DNA of 64,000 nucleotides from the NCBI GenBank assembly GCA_051439605.1, contig JBFRWN010000032.1, positions 32,001 to 96,000 of the forward strand, written 5' to 3'. Source of the stretch: Synechococcus sp. Lineage in GTDB: Bacteria; Cyanobacteriota; Cyanobacteriia; Thermostichales; PCC-7336. Positions within the stretch are counted from its first letter, which is position 1; every line of letters starts with the position of its first letter. The position numbers and the translations under genes are program-made. The notes beneath the pieces were generated by a model. It made no database searches and was not told the origin of the DNA. It saw nothing but the letters and a program-made list of their open reading frames with translations. Shown here in pieces: positions 32,446 through 41,926 of the stretch.

Positions 32446-32461
32446 TGTATTTATGGTTACA
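32446..32461. promoter_or_regulatory. NtcA-binding consensus in the divergent ccsB/globin intergenic region
   Basis: tttt-TGTA-TTTATGGT-TACA-gaaaaa is a perfect TGTA-N8-TACA with A/T flanks; no canonical TAN3T about 22 nt downstream on either strand. Confidence 0.6.
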
Positions 32462-32974
32462 GAAAAATAAACTGTTGTGTTTATTGCGTGGCTTGAGAGA
32501 TTGCCATACAGTCAGATTTCCCACAACCAACTAACCAGCAATCAGAAAATTGGGCAAAAATACGTAAATGCAAAGAACGTATTTAAGAAATGTAAAATCT
32601 ACAAAACCTTCGCGATAAACCTAAAAATGGTATTGCTGGCTACGATTCCTGGTCTCTGAAGCGCCTAAATTTCAGACTTAACGCACCAACGTGCAATTCA
32701 AGCTCCCACTTTGTTTAATGCGGTTTATCAGTAGAAATACTGGAAAATCTTACACTGTTCGATTAATTCCTGCTCTAAAGCAAAGCCTACTCGATGCCAA
32801 CGTTGGCAGAAAATCTGGCGATTTCTATGTTGGATGGCGGGTTTCTAGTGGATATCTAACAGGACTTAGAGGAAGTGTTTTAGCCGGTGTGACAATCACT
32901 TGCCGAGTTTCCTTTACTGCGTAAAGAGCTCTAATTGTTTGTCCGCAGTCTCACAGTAACGAGGAAACAAAGAC

Positions 32975-33505
32975 ATGTCTTTGAAGGTTGAGCTCTTAGA
33001 AAGCAGCTTTGAGAAAGTGAAGCCCAACGCTGCAGCTTTTGCAGACTCTTTCTACAGCAATTTATTCACAACTGCTCCCGAAGCAAAGCCCCTGTTTGCG
33101 AATACAAACCTGGAAGAACAGAAGAAGAAATTGCTGGCCTCTTTGGTTTTAGTGGTGGAGAACCTTCGCAACGGCGATGTCCTCGGTTCTACTCTTCGAG
33201 GGCTAGGGGCTCGTCACGTCAAGTACGGAGCATTACCTGCCCATTACCCTATTGTCGGCGGAGCGCTGCTGGAAACCTTCGAGCAGTACCTGGGAGACGA
33301 TTGGACTCCCGATGTCAAGCAGGCCTGGGTGGATGCCTACGGGGCTATTACAGAACTCATGCTGGATGGTGCTGACTACTCTTCTGAAGAGGTTGCTCTG
33401 CCACCCGAGCCTTCCGTATCCGTTAGCGATGGCGATCGCAGTGGAATGCTTCCCATTGCTGGGGCTGTCATTGGGTTTTTGATCCTGGGTCTTTTCCTTC
33501 TCTAG
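32975..33505 (+). CDS. Globin (flavohemoglobin-type globin domain) with C-terminal transmembrane anchor
   Basis: SFYSNLF (B10 Tyr), KPLF (CD1 Phe), EEQKKKL (E7 Gln), LGARHVKYG (F8 His), HYPIVG, AWVDAY; tail IAGAVIGFLILGLFLL; GAGGA RBS. Confidence 0.92.
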   Translation: MSLKVELLESSFEKVKPNAAAFADSFYSNLFTTAPEAKPLFANTNLEEQKKKLLASLVLVVENLRNGDVLGSTLRGLGARHVKYGALPAHYPIVGGALLETFEQYLGDDWTPDVKQAWVDAYGAITELMLDGADYSSEEVALPPEPSVSVSDGDRSGMLPIAGAVIGFLILGLFLL

Positions 33506-33643
33506 GTCTAAGGCAATAGAGTGTGCGTTCTTCCACTGGCATCCAGTCCACGTCTGTCTGGACATAGACGCTAACGGCAGACCGAACTCATTCGATGAGC
33601 TGAGGGCTTCTAGCTCCGTTGTGTTTGTGGTTATCCAGTTTGC

Positions 33644-34264
33644 ATGTTGAAGTTGAGAACGGCGGCGATCGGAATAGCGTTGATAGCGCTTACTGCTTGG
33701 GCCGTTATTTTTGCCCTCGGGCTCGACCAACGCATTGCCTTCTTGCCCGGCACCACCTCTTCAGGACACCACTTGTTTGAGGCCTCCTGCCAATCCTGCC
33801 ACCAAGGATTTCAGAAAGTCTCAAATGACACCTGCAACCGCTGCCACGAAGCGGAGCTAGCAGAAGATATTCACGGCCGGAAAAAATTCCGCGATCCCCG
33901 TTGGGCGGTCTACATAGAAGAGATTGATGTGTTGACCTGTACCACCTGCCATGAAGAACATATGCCCATGTCTGGCAGGGGCGTCAATCTGCCGCCAGAC
34001 CTATGCATGAGCTGCCACGACCACATTATTGAGGCGGGCAACTCCGACAGCTTAGATAGTCATCTTGGCTTTACCCCCGATGGATGCTGGACTGCAGGCT
34101 GCCATAACTTCCACGATCACCGCTCGATCTCAACAGGGTTCTTGAGGACAAACCTGGACCAGCCCAACTGGTTGCCAGAACCCGATCGCCTAGAGCGCGA
34201 CATTCAGCCACAGGTGGCAGTGGCTCCTGCCCCCGATCTCAATCGCGAGTTATGGGGGAACTGA
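33644..34264 (+). CDS. Membrane-anchored multiheme cytochrome c (4 CXXCH + 1 CX4CH)
   Basis: N-terminal TM; CQSCH, CNRCH, CTTCH, CMSCH, CWTAGCH; extra His residues as candidate distal ligands. Confidence 0.9.
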   Translation: MLKLRTAAIGIALIALTAWAVIFALGLDQRIAFLPGTTSSGHHLFEASCQSCHQGFQKVSNDTCNRCHEAELAEDIHGRKKFRDPRWAVYIEEIDVLTCTTCHEEHMPMSGRGVNLPPDLCMSCHDHIIEAGNSDSLDSHLGFTPDGCWTAGCHNFHDHRSISTGFLRTNLDQPNWLPEPDRLERDIQPQVAVAPAPDLNRELWGN

Positions 34265-35130
34265 TCGTGCATTACCTTTCTCGGCTGCGAACTAGATGCT
34301 TGAGTGGTAACTTACCCCTTCACTCCTCATTAGCCACAGTTCTTGTCGTGGGGCTCTGCTGCTGGCTGAGCTTGAGTTCTCCTTCATCAGCCCTAACTTT
34401 TGAAGAGGCGACAGAACTCTGGACCGGCAGCACCCATTCTCTTCAGAACGTGAATTGCTCCAGCTGCCATCAGGTAGAGGATAGCGGTGCATTCGTCACA
34501 GCACCCAATCGCGAGAGTTGTCAGCAATGCCACGAATTTTCAACACAAACGTTTCTATTGGGCAAACACGGTATCCGGATGTTGGAGGGGCAATCTGCAC
34601 TCACTCCAGAGATGGCATTACTTCCCATGAAACCGGCATCCCACGGACTAGAGATGAACTGCAACGTTTGTCATGACGTGCACGCTCAGAACGTGCGGAC
34701 TGCTGCAGTGGATGCCTGCCTCACCTGCCACAGCGACCGACATTCTCTCAACTACGTCAATTCCAAGCATGCAGGCTTGCTTGTAGGGAATGAAGATTTG
34801 CCCAGGCCGGGGGGGGCTGAAGTGACTTGTGCAACTTGTCACCTACCGCGCCAAGCAGTCAACGGAGCTGTAATGGTGAATCACAACAACACCTATACCC
34901 TGAAACCGCGCGATCGCATGGTGGCGGATGTTTGCATGAATTGCCACGGCATGGAATTTGCCTACAACGCCATTTTTGACGATGAGCTGGTCACGGGTAA
35001 TTTCGACCGTTTCCCTGACATGAAGCACCAGTCGCTGCAAATGTCGCGGGCGGAGCGAGACCGAAGACAATCTCGCCACCCCCCACAGATTTCCAACCCT
35101 AACAAGTTGGTCGCTTCTCCACCGAATTAG
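34252..35130 (+). CDS. Exported hexaheme cytochrome c
   Basis: Signal peptide (..LSLSSPSSA); CSSCH, CQQCH, CNVCH, CLTCH, CATCH, CMNCH; start uncertain (34252 or 34267). Confidence 0.9.
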   Translation: MGELIVHYLSRLRTRCLSGNLPLHSSLATVLVVGLCCWLSLSSPSSALTFEEATELWTGSTHSLQNVNCSSCHQVEDSGAFVTAPNRESCQQCHEFSTQTFLLGKHGIRMLEGQSALTPEMALLPMKPASHGLEMNCNVCHDVHAQNVRTAAVDACLTCHSDRHSLNYVNSKHAGLLVGNEDLPRPGGAEVTCATCHLPRQAVNGAVMVNHNNTYTLKPRDRMVADVCMNCHGMEFAYNAIFDDELVTGNFDRFPDMKHQSLQMSRAERDRRQSRHPPQISNPNKLVASPPN

Positions 35131-35155
35131 TACTCTCTCTCAAGGAAAAACAACC

Positions 35156-35833
35156 ATGGATGTCTTGACTTCTATCAGAGCCTGGATCGGGCGTTTTAAG
35201 CCCCGCACTCTGGCGATTTCTACCTTCTTAGTAGCAGCGGTTTTCACCGTTGTGGCATGTGGTGGTTCTACCCCGACAGCATCTGCCCCCACTGGCATTC
35301 CCCCCGAGCAAGTGGTTGACTACATTGCCGTTACAGCAAAAGGTGCCCGTACCGCCTACGTGAAACACGTCGTCAACCGCGTAACCGAGTTGGAAGGGGA
35401 GCCTGTGGCGCGCGAAGGTGCAGTCGTTGACGCCAACTCCACCGAATTCTGGCAAGACGAAGATGGTATTCCTTTACCGGCTCAAATGTTCCGCTTGGCT
35501 TCTGAAATTACCTCTGATAGCGATCTGGCCAGTGGCATGACCATCGGTCTAATTTCTAGCTGGAACATCAACGACGCCCACTCCCCCAAAACCGAGTTTG
35601 AGAAAACTGCCATTAAGGAGATGGAGGAAACTGGCGAGCCTGTGAAGATCGAACAGGAGATTGCCGGTCAGCGCTTCATGACTGCGATGTATCCGGATAA
35701 GGCTGTAGCCGAAGCTTGCGTCACTTGCCACAACACCCACCCCGTTCACCTCGAGCGCTACCCCGACAAGGTATTTGCTCTTGATGATGTCATGGGTGGC
35801 GTCGTTATCAATCTGCCCTTAGGGGACGCATAA
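35156..35833 (+). CDS. DUF3365/Tll0287-like monoheme c lipoprotein
   Basis: Lipobox VVACGG; LPAQMFR, LISSWNIN..P.T.FE, DKAVAEACVTCHN, DVMGGVVI; AAGGA RBS. Confidence 0.85.
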   Translation: MDVLTSIRAWIGRFKPRTLAISTFLVAAVFTVVACGGSTPTASAPTGIPPEQVVDYIAVTAKGARTAYVKHVVNRVTELEGEPVAREGAVVDANSTEFWQDEDGIPLPAQMFRLASEITSDSDLASGMTIGLISSWNINDAHSPKTEFEKTAIKEMEETGEPVKIEQEIAGQRFMTAMYPDKAVAEACVTCHNTHPVHLERYPDKVFALDDVMGGVVINLPLGDA

Positions 35834-36043
35834 GCCGATTTGTAGAGCAGGTTGCTCGTTCGGCGGGTGGCCTGTTCATTTGGAATTCCCCCTTGGCGAG
35901 TTTTCTGAACCCTAGACTGTGCAGAAGTTTTATAAGTTGTCGCTTGCGCTATGGGTGGCAATTTTAATCGATCTTGTTTCAGGGGAAGTATCGAATATTC
36001 CTACTTTGCAGAGTCGAGACATCTAACAGTCCAAGGCTGCTCT

Positions 36044-36631
36044 ATGAAACCCACATTCCCCACCCTTTCCGTACTGGCTGCAATCTCGGTTTTATTGGTC
36101 GTACCCTTTATCATCAGTGACTGGTACGTTCCTGCCATCCGCGACACTGTCTTTTACACCCATCAAATTTTGCGTCGCGGACTGTACAAAGAAATAACCG
36201 GTTTCGTTTGTCTGGGATTTTTTGCCATTGAAATGGTCCTTACCCTGCGCAAGCGCGGGGGACGCTGGAAAATTAAGTTGCCAGGTTCAATTTTCTTCTG
36301 GCGTAGCTTGCATATCTTTTTGGGAGTGGGTTTTATTGCTGCTACCCTCATCCACAGCGTCGGGGTACACGGCAGCTTGTTCAATCATGTTTTTCTGGCT
36401 GTCTTCATCGTGCTTTCTTTGATTGCCATGATGGGCGTTGCGCTAGAAACTCGTCTCGTGGGGTTGACCGCTCGCAAAGTGTCTTTACTGCCCGTCGGAC
36501 TTCCTGCGATCCCTAAAGGTCAATTAATTCGGCAGCTTAGATCCGTATGGTTAGGGGTGCACATTGTCTTGGTCAGCCTGTTTACTGTGTTATTGGGCTT
36601 TCATGTCCTTTTGGCTTTCTACTACGAGTGA
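36044..36631 (+). CDS. Integral membrane protein of ferric-reductase-like / di-heme cytochrome b type
   Basis: About five TM helices; LRKR after TM2; two H-X13-H pairs (HIFLGVGFIAATLIH; HIVLVSLFTVLLGFH); start trimmed to ATG 36044. Confidence 0.75.
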   Translation: MKPTFPTLSVLAAISVLLVVPFIISDWYVPAIRDTVFYTHQILRRGLYKEITGFVCLGFFAIEMVLTLRKRGGRWKIKLPGSIFFWRSLHIFLGVGFIAATLIHSVGVHGSLFNHVFLAVFIVLSLIAMMGVALETRLVGLTARKVSLLPVGLPAIPKGQLIRQLRSVWLGVHIVLVSLFTVLLGFHVLLAFYYE

Positions 36632-36700
36632 AATTCTGCTTACGAGGACACTTTTCAGATAACACTCTAGTCGAGTTCTCTGTTTGTCAATCCATCAACT

Positions 36701-37186
36701 ATGTTTACTCAGCTCTCTTCCCTAAGAAGCCTATCTGTCTGTTTAATTATCGTTGTAAGTCTTCTGCTGATGCTTCAGCGCCCTTCTCGTGCTAACTCGC
36801 TGCTGTCTGGGTATGCAGCCCTGAAGCAAGCCGTAAACGATTCCGTCCTCTTATCTGCAGCAGTCGCGGACAATAAGCCTGCGCTAATAGAGTTCTATGC
36901 CGATTGGTGTAGCGTCTGTCGATCCATGGCCCCCACAGTAGGACGATTGCGCGCACATTATGGAGAGCAGATTAACTTTGTCATGCTAGACATTGACGAT
37001 CCGAGATGGAGCAAGCAGGTGCAAGACTTTGGGGTTATCGGAGTTCCCCATTTTGCATTTATCTCCGACCTGGAATCCCCGTTTGGATCTCGCCAATTGC
37101 AGCAGACCCTAGTGGGCAGGCAACCCGCCTACGTGATGGCCGCCGCCCTCGAAGGCTTGTCAATCGCAGACCCCACGGCAAACTGA
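36701..37186 (+). CDS. Exported or membrane-anchored thioredoxin (TxlA/HCF164/CcsX-like)
   Basis: N-terminal hydrophobic helix; KPALIEFYADWCSVCRSMAP, INFVMLDIDDPRW, GVPHF. Confidence 0.85.
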   Translation: MFTQLSSLRSLSVCLIIVVSLLLMLQRPSRANSLLSGYAALKQAVNDSVLLSAAVADNKPALIEFYADWCSVCRSMAPTVGRLRAHYGEQINFVMLDIDDPRWSKQVQDFGVIGVPHFAFISDLESPFGSRQLQQTLVGRQPAYVMAAALEGLSIADPTAN

Positions 37187-37220
37187 ACCCACAGACTCTA
37201 TCGAATTTCAGTCTATAAGT

Positions 37221-38147
37221 TTACGCTGGAACGTTAAGGGCTCCCCGCTTGCGCAGATCGGCCTTGAGTTCATCTGTCAGGCCCAAAACGTCCGTCATGC
37301 TGGTACCGCTGACATTCGCCCCCTCAAACAACGCCCCTCGCAAGTTGGCACGCTCTAGGTTGGCATCAATCAGATTAGCTTGCGTAAATACTGCCCCTGA
37401 GAGATTTGCCCCCTCCCAGCTGGTACCAAACAACGATGCGTTTGTGAAGTCTGCCTGGCTGGCATAAGCGCCATCGGCGATCGCCGTATCCAGCTGGGCC
37501 TCGAGAAAGATACTGTCAGCCAAGTAAGCTTCACCCAAGTTAGTGCCGATTAAATCTGCAGAAGTCAGATCGGCCTTGGCCAGTCGCACCCGCGTCAATT
37601 TACTTTTATCCAGTTGGGTCCCCACGAGCTTGGCGCGAGTCAAATTGGCCCCATCCAAGTCCACCTGGACGAGCTTGGCACTGGAGAAATCAGCTTCTGT
37701 CCAGTCTGACGCTTTCATGTTTGCTTTCACTAAATGGGTGGCTTGAAAAACGGCTTTTCTGCCGCTGCAGTCCTCCAGATTCGCTCGATCCATCTGGGCA
37801 AGCGAGGCATCTGCACCATCAAAAATTGCCCCCAGGAACCGTGCGTTCGTCGCTGTTGCTTGTCTCAGGTTCGCCCGTTCCAGTCTTGCAGCAGTCAACT
37901 GGGCATGGCTTAGATCGGCCCCTTCTAATACAGTCTCAACCATCCAAGCCCGAATCAACAGCGTGTTGTTAAAGTTCGTCCGTTTGCATGAGGCTTGAGA
38001 GAGATTAGCCACTCGCATGTAAGCCCGCGAGAAGTCCCCCCCATCCAGACACCGGCCTTGCAACTCAATGTGGGCCAGCTCCTCTTTTGTTAAGGGCAGT
38101 CCCTTTTGAAGGCGATCGAGCACCTCTTCAGGGGCTAGTACGCTCAT
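37221..38147 (-). CDS. Pentapeptide repeat protein
   Basis: Continuous A(D/N)LXX repeats over about 250 aa. Confidence 0.92.
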   Translation of the reverse strand: MSVLAPEEVLDRLQKGLPLTKEELAHIELQGRCLDGGDFSRAYMRVANLSQASCKRTNFNNTLLIRAWMVETVLEGADLSHAQLTAARLERANLRQATATNARFLGAIFDGADASLAQMDRANLEDCSGRKAVFQATHLVKANMKASDWTEADFSSAKLVQVDLDGANLTRAKLVGTQLDKSKLTRVRLAKADLTSADLIGTNLGEAYLADSIFLEAQLDTAIADGAYASQADFTNASLFGTSWEGANLSGAVFTQANLIDANLERANLRGALFEGANVSGTSMTDVLGLTDELKADLRKRGALNVPA

Positions 38148-38329
38148 GGGCTAGATTTTCCTCACCAACCAATGTATTCAGCCCACTGTAAGCATAATCG
38201 GGGTCACGGTCGCCACTCGTATGTCAAAGGACGATAACTGCGATGCAACTTCGGCCAGGAATCCAAGCGAGTCGATTTTAAAGGGCAGGTTAGGGCAACC
38301 ATATAGTGGCAAAATCGATGAAGGCGAGG

Positions 38330-38779
38330 TTAGGACGGCTTAACATTAACAGTAATTTTTGAAGAAATCACCGGATGGTCATGGGGAACGTGCAAGTAGT
38401 TGCCCAGAACCAATTGGAGTGTGTGTTTTCCCGGGGGGAGGGTGATTTCTGCCTCGGTTTGCCCGCCTCCAAAATGGCGTACGCGATCGCTTTTGGGCAA
38501 AGAGGATTTCAGATCGGGTAATTCTGCTACATCAACCAATAAATGATGGTGACCGGTATTGGCTTTATCCACCCCTGCAGGTGCAACACCCATGCCCGAT
38601 AAGCCAAAGCTGACGGTAAAGGTGGGGGGGACGGTGTCACCATCTTTCGGAAAAATAATGTACTCCCGCGCTGTTTCAGGAGCATGGGATACAAATTCGT
38701 CAGCCAGTGCTTGGGTCGGAGATACCAGCCAGCAGCAGACGACAAAGATTACTCCCATTAGGACAGCAATACGGTTCAT
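38330..38779 (-). CDS. DUF4399 family exported protein
   Basis: Signal peptide; FGLSGMGVAPAG..TGHHHLLVD, HFGGGQTE, LPPGKHTLQLVLGN..HVPH. Confidence 0.85.
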   Translation of the reverse strand: MNRIAVLMGVIFVVCCWLVSPTQALADEFVSHAPETAREYIIFPKDGDTVPPTFTVSFGLSGMGVAPAGVDKANTGHHHLLVDVAELPDLKSSLPKSDRVRHFGGGQTEAEITLPPGKHTLQLVLGNYLHVPHDHPVISSKITVNVKPS

Positions 38780-39227
38780 CAGTCGATCTCTTGAGCACTA
38801 TTTCAGTAGACCATCAAGTGCCGAATTTCTCCAATCAGGGCTCTCGAATCAATTGCTGTTCGAGAGTCAATCAGCACTCTCGGATGAAGCAGCTGCCCAG
38901 GGACTTCATGTCCCAGCATAAATAGATGCTCAAAAATCTACTCTCATAGTTTCTTTTGACGCCCATTTTTGGTAAAACCTATGTCTGATTTCAGACCGTA
39001 CTGAATTCTGCCTAGAAATGATGCATGCTGTGCGCGCTGGGGCATTCTAGCGCTAAGCTTCGTCCGCTCCGGTAAATAAACCCTTCTCAACAAATTGTAT
39101 TGGGGAAAACGGTTTAGTATGTTGGTTCGATGCTTGAATCAGGCAATAGCTGGTGCAGTCTCAACTGCAATGGTAGCTGTTCCCATTTCGTATCTGCCTT
39201 CAACGGCAATCTCAATTAGCGCGCATT

Positions 39228-39452
39228 GTGGATAGCCCCATGTCAGATCCTAAACTCCAAGACAGCTTGTATGACCTACTGGAAGACTTCGGTTTAGAAG
39301 ATGTATTGTTTGCACTGTATCGATATGCCGATACCCAATCGCGATTAGCTGCGACGTTGCAACAAGCCCATGCAAGTGAAGACTGGGATCATAAAGCATG
39401 TGCGATCGATGTTGCTTGCGAAGCGATCGACACCGCCCATCGAGGAGTTTGA
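39228..39452 (+). CDS. Small hypothetical protein
   Basis: 74-aa helical-looking ORF filling the intergenic space; start may be ATG 39240. Confidence 0.5.
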   Translation: MDSPMSDPKLQDSLYDLLEDFGLEDVLFALYRYADTQSRLAATLQQAHASEDWDHKACAIDVACEAIDTAHRGV

Positions 39453-39776
39453 ATCTTTCGTGAAATGGGTGAATACCCATTATCTGCTGTGGCTTTGACC
39501 TGCTAAGTTCGGGTGGTGGGGTGATACCACCATTTCCTCTCTTCACATAAAGTATTTACAATGACGGACAGAAACTACAGCTTTCTCTCCACAACGAGCT
39601 GATGAAGTCTATCCGTATTGCTTTACAATCAGCAATGTTGCTGTGGGCGTCTAGAAGGATTCTTGTGGAGGTCGGTGGCTGGTCTATCCTGCCTTTCCCG
39701 AAGACTTTCTGAAACCCCAATCGCACCTGATGGTGGTCGCCAATAGGTATGTAGCACTGACTCGTAGAGAACAAAG

Positions 39777-41861
39777 ATGAAAGACCTTTCCAGCTATCGC
39801 AATATTGGTATCTTCGCCCACGTGGACGCGGGCAAGACGACCACGACCGAGCGCATCCTAAACCTCACCGGTAAGATTCACAAGATTGGTGAGGTGCACG
39901 ATGGGGCAGCCACCACAGACTTTATGGAACAAGAGCAAGAACGCGGTATTACAATTCAGTCCGCTGCTACCTCTTGTTTCTGGAAGGATCACCAGCTCAA
40001 TATTATTGACACCCCAGGTCACGTCGACTTCACCATCGAGGTTTACCGCTCCCTGAAAGTGCTGGATGGCGGTGTTGGTGTGTTTTGTGGCTCGGGTGGT
40101 GTAGAACCCCAATCCGAAACCAACTGGCGTTACGCCAACGAGTCTGAAGTTGCGCGGATCATCTACGTCAACAAACTTGACCGTACGGGTGCAGACTTCT
40201 TCCGTGTCGTTAAGCAGGTAGAAGAAGTCCTGGCCGCCAAGCCACTGGTGATGGTGTTGCCCATCGGTATTGAGAACGAATTTATCGGTGTGGTAGACCT
40301 GCTAACTGAGAAAGCATGGGTTTGGGACGAATCTGGAAAACCCGAAAACTATACGATTGAAGATGTCCCCGCCGATATGGTGGATGACGTTGCCACTTGG
40401 CGCGAACTGCTGATCGAGACGGCGATCGAGCAAGATGACGATCTAATGGAGAAGTACCTTGAGGGCGAGGAACTCACCATCGACGAGATCAAGTCTTGCA
40501 TCCGTAAGGGCACCCGCGATCTAGCATTCTTCCCTACCTACTGTGGTTCTTCGTTTAAGAACAAGGGTGTTCAGCTCGTGCTTGACGCTGTAGTCGATTA
40601 CTTGCCCAGTCCTGTTGAAGTCAAGCCTCAGCCTGAGGTGGACCTGGAAGGGAACGAGACAGGTAATGTGGCTTACGTCGATCCTGAAAAGCCTCTGCGC
40701 GCTTTAGCGTTCAAAATTATGGACGATCGCTTTGGAGCTCTGACCTTCACTCGCATCTACTCCGGTAAGGTCTCAAAAGGTGACACCATACTCAACAGCG
40801 CCACTGGAAAGAAAGAGCGGGTCAGTCGCTTAGTGGAAATGCATGCCGATTCTCGGGAAGAAATCGATACCGCTCAAGCTGGGGATATCGTCGCCATTAT
40901 TGGCATGAAGAATGTCCAAACCGGACATACACTCTGTGACCCCAACAACCCTGCCGTTCTGGAGCCCATGGTGTTTCCTGATCCGGTAATCTCCATTGCC
41001 GTCGCTCCCAAAAAGAAAGGGGACTCCGAAAAGATGGGTCTGGCGTTGAGCAAGATGGTTCAAGAGGATCCCTCCTTCCAGGTGGAGACCGACCAGGAAA
41101 CCAACGAGGTGATCATGAAGGGAATGGGAGAACTCCACCTCGACATCAAGGTGGATATCCTCAAGCGCACCCACGGCGTAGAAGTAGAAGTGGGTAAGCC
41201 TCAGGTGGCCTACCGCGAATCCATTACCAAGCTGATTACAGACAGCTACACCCATAAGAAACAAACGGGTGGAGCAGGTCAGTTCGGCAAGATCGATTAC
41301 ACGATTGAGCCCGGCGAACCCGGTAGCGGCTACACCTTTGAGTCCAAGGTCACGGGTGGTAACGTACCTCGCGAATACTGGCCTTCGGTTGAGAAGGGCT
41401 TCGGCACTAGTCTGGATAAGGGTGTTCTAGCTGGATTCCCCTGCGTAGACATGAAAGTCACCTTGATGGATGGTTCCTACCACCCTGTTGACTCTTCTGC
41501 TGTTGCCTTCGAAACGGCAGCACGAGCCGCTTACCGCCAGAGCGTTCCCAAGGCCGGGCCTCAACTCCTAGAGCCCATCATGAATGTAGATGTGTTCACC
41601 CCCGATGACTACGTGGGTGACGTCATTGGTGACCTGAACCGTCGTCGCGGCATGATTAAGTCTCAAGATGCAACACCCACTGGTGCCCGCATCAAAGCTG
41701 ATGTCCCCTTAAGCGAAATGTTTGGCTACATTGGCGACCTGCGTACCATGACCTCCGGTCGCGGTCAGTTCTCTATGTCCTTTGCCAACTACGCACCCTG
41801 CCCTAAGAACGTGGCAGATGTGGTTATTGCCGAAGCCAAGGAGCGCGCAGAATCGAAGTAA
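39777..41861 (+). CDS. fusA: Elongation factor G, stand-alone copy
   Basis: [58 protein letters not shown]; no rpsL/rpsG/tuf adjacent. Confidence 0.96.
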   Translation: MKDLSSYRNIGIFAHVDAGKTTTTERILNLTGKIHKIGEVHDGAATTDFMEQEQERGITIQSAATSCFWKDHQLNIIDTPGHVDFTIEVYRSLKVLDGGVGVFCGSGGVEPQSETNWRYANESEVARIIYVNKLDRTGADFFRVVKQVEEVLAAKPLVMVLPIGIENEFIGVVDLLTEKAWVWDESGKPENYTIEDVPADMVDDVATWRELLIETAIEQDDDLMEKYLEGEELTIDEIKSCIRKGTRDLAFFPTYCGSSFKNKGVQLVLDAVVDYLPSPVEVKPQPEVDLEGNETGNVAYVDPEKPLRALAFKIMDDRFGALTFTRIYSGKVSKGDTILNSATGKKERVSRLVEMHADSREEIDTAQAGDIVAIIGMKNVQTGHTLCDPNNPAVLEPMVFPDPVISIAVAPKKKGDSEKMGLALSKMVQEDPSFQVETDQETNEVIMKGMGELHLDIKVDILKRTHGVEVEVGKPQVAYRESITKLITDSYTHKKQTGGAGQFGKIDYTIEPGEPGSGYTFESKVTGGNVPREYWPSVEKGFGTSLDKGVLAGFPCVDMKVTLMDGSYHPVDSSAVAFETAARAAYRQSVPKAGPQLLEPIMNVDVFTPDDYVGDVIGDLNRRRGMIKSQDATPTGARIKADVPLSEMFGYIGDLRTMTSGRGQFSMSFANYAPCPKNVADVVIAEAKERAESK

Positions 41862-41867
41862 TGCCTA

Positions 41868-41926
41868 TAGCGACCGTCAAGTCGCTTAGGACATTTTAGC
41901 TATCCCAATCCATTACTGGGCATAGA
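41868..41926 (+). repeat. Degenerate dispersed repeat, copy 2 (see 7672-7730)
   Basis: TAGCGACCGTCAAGTCGCTTAGGACATTTTAGCTA.. vs TAGCTAGCGTTAAGTCGCTTTGGACATTTCAGCTA.. Confidence 0.6.

Noticed and set aside
37221..38779. Pentapeptide-repeat and DUF4399 genes as part of the cytochrome module
   Set aside because: Opposite strand, common stand-alone families and no evidence of linkage
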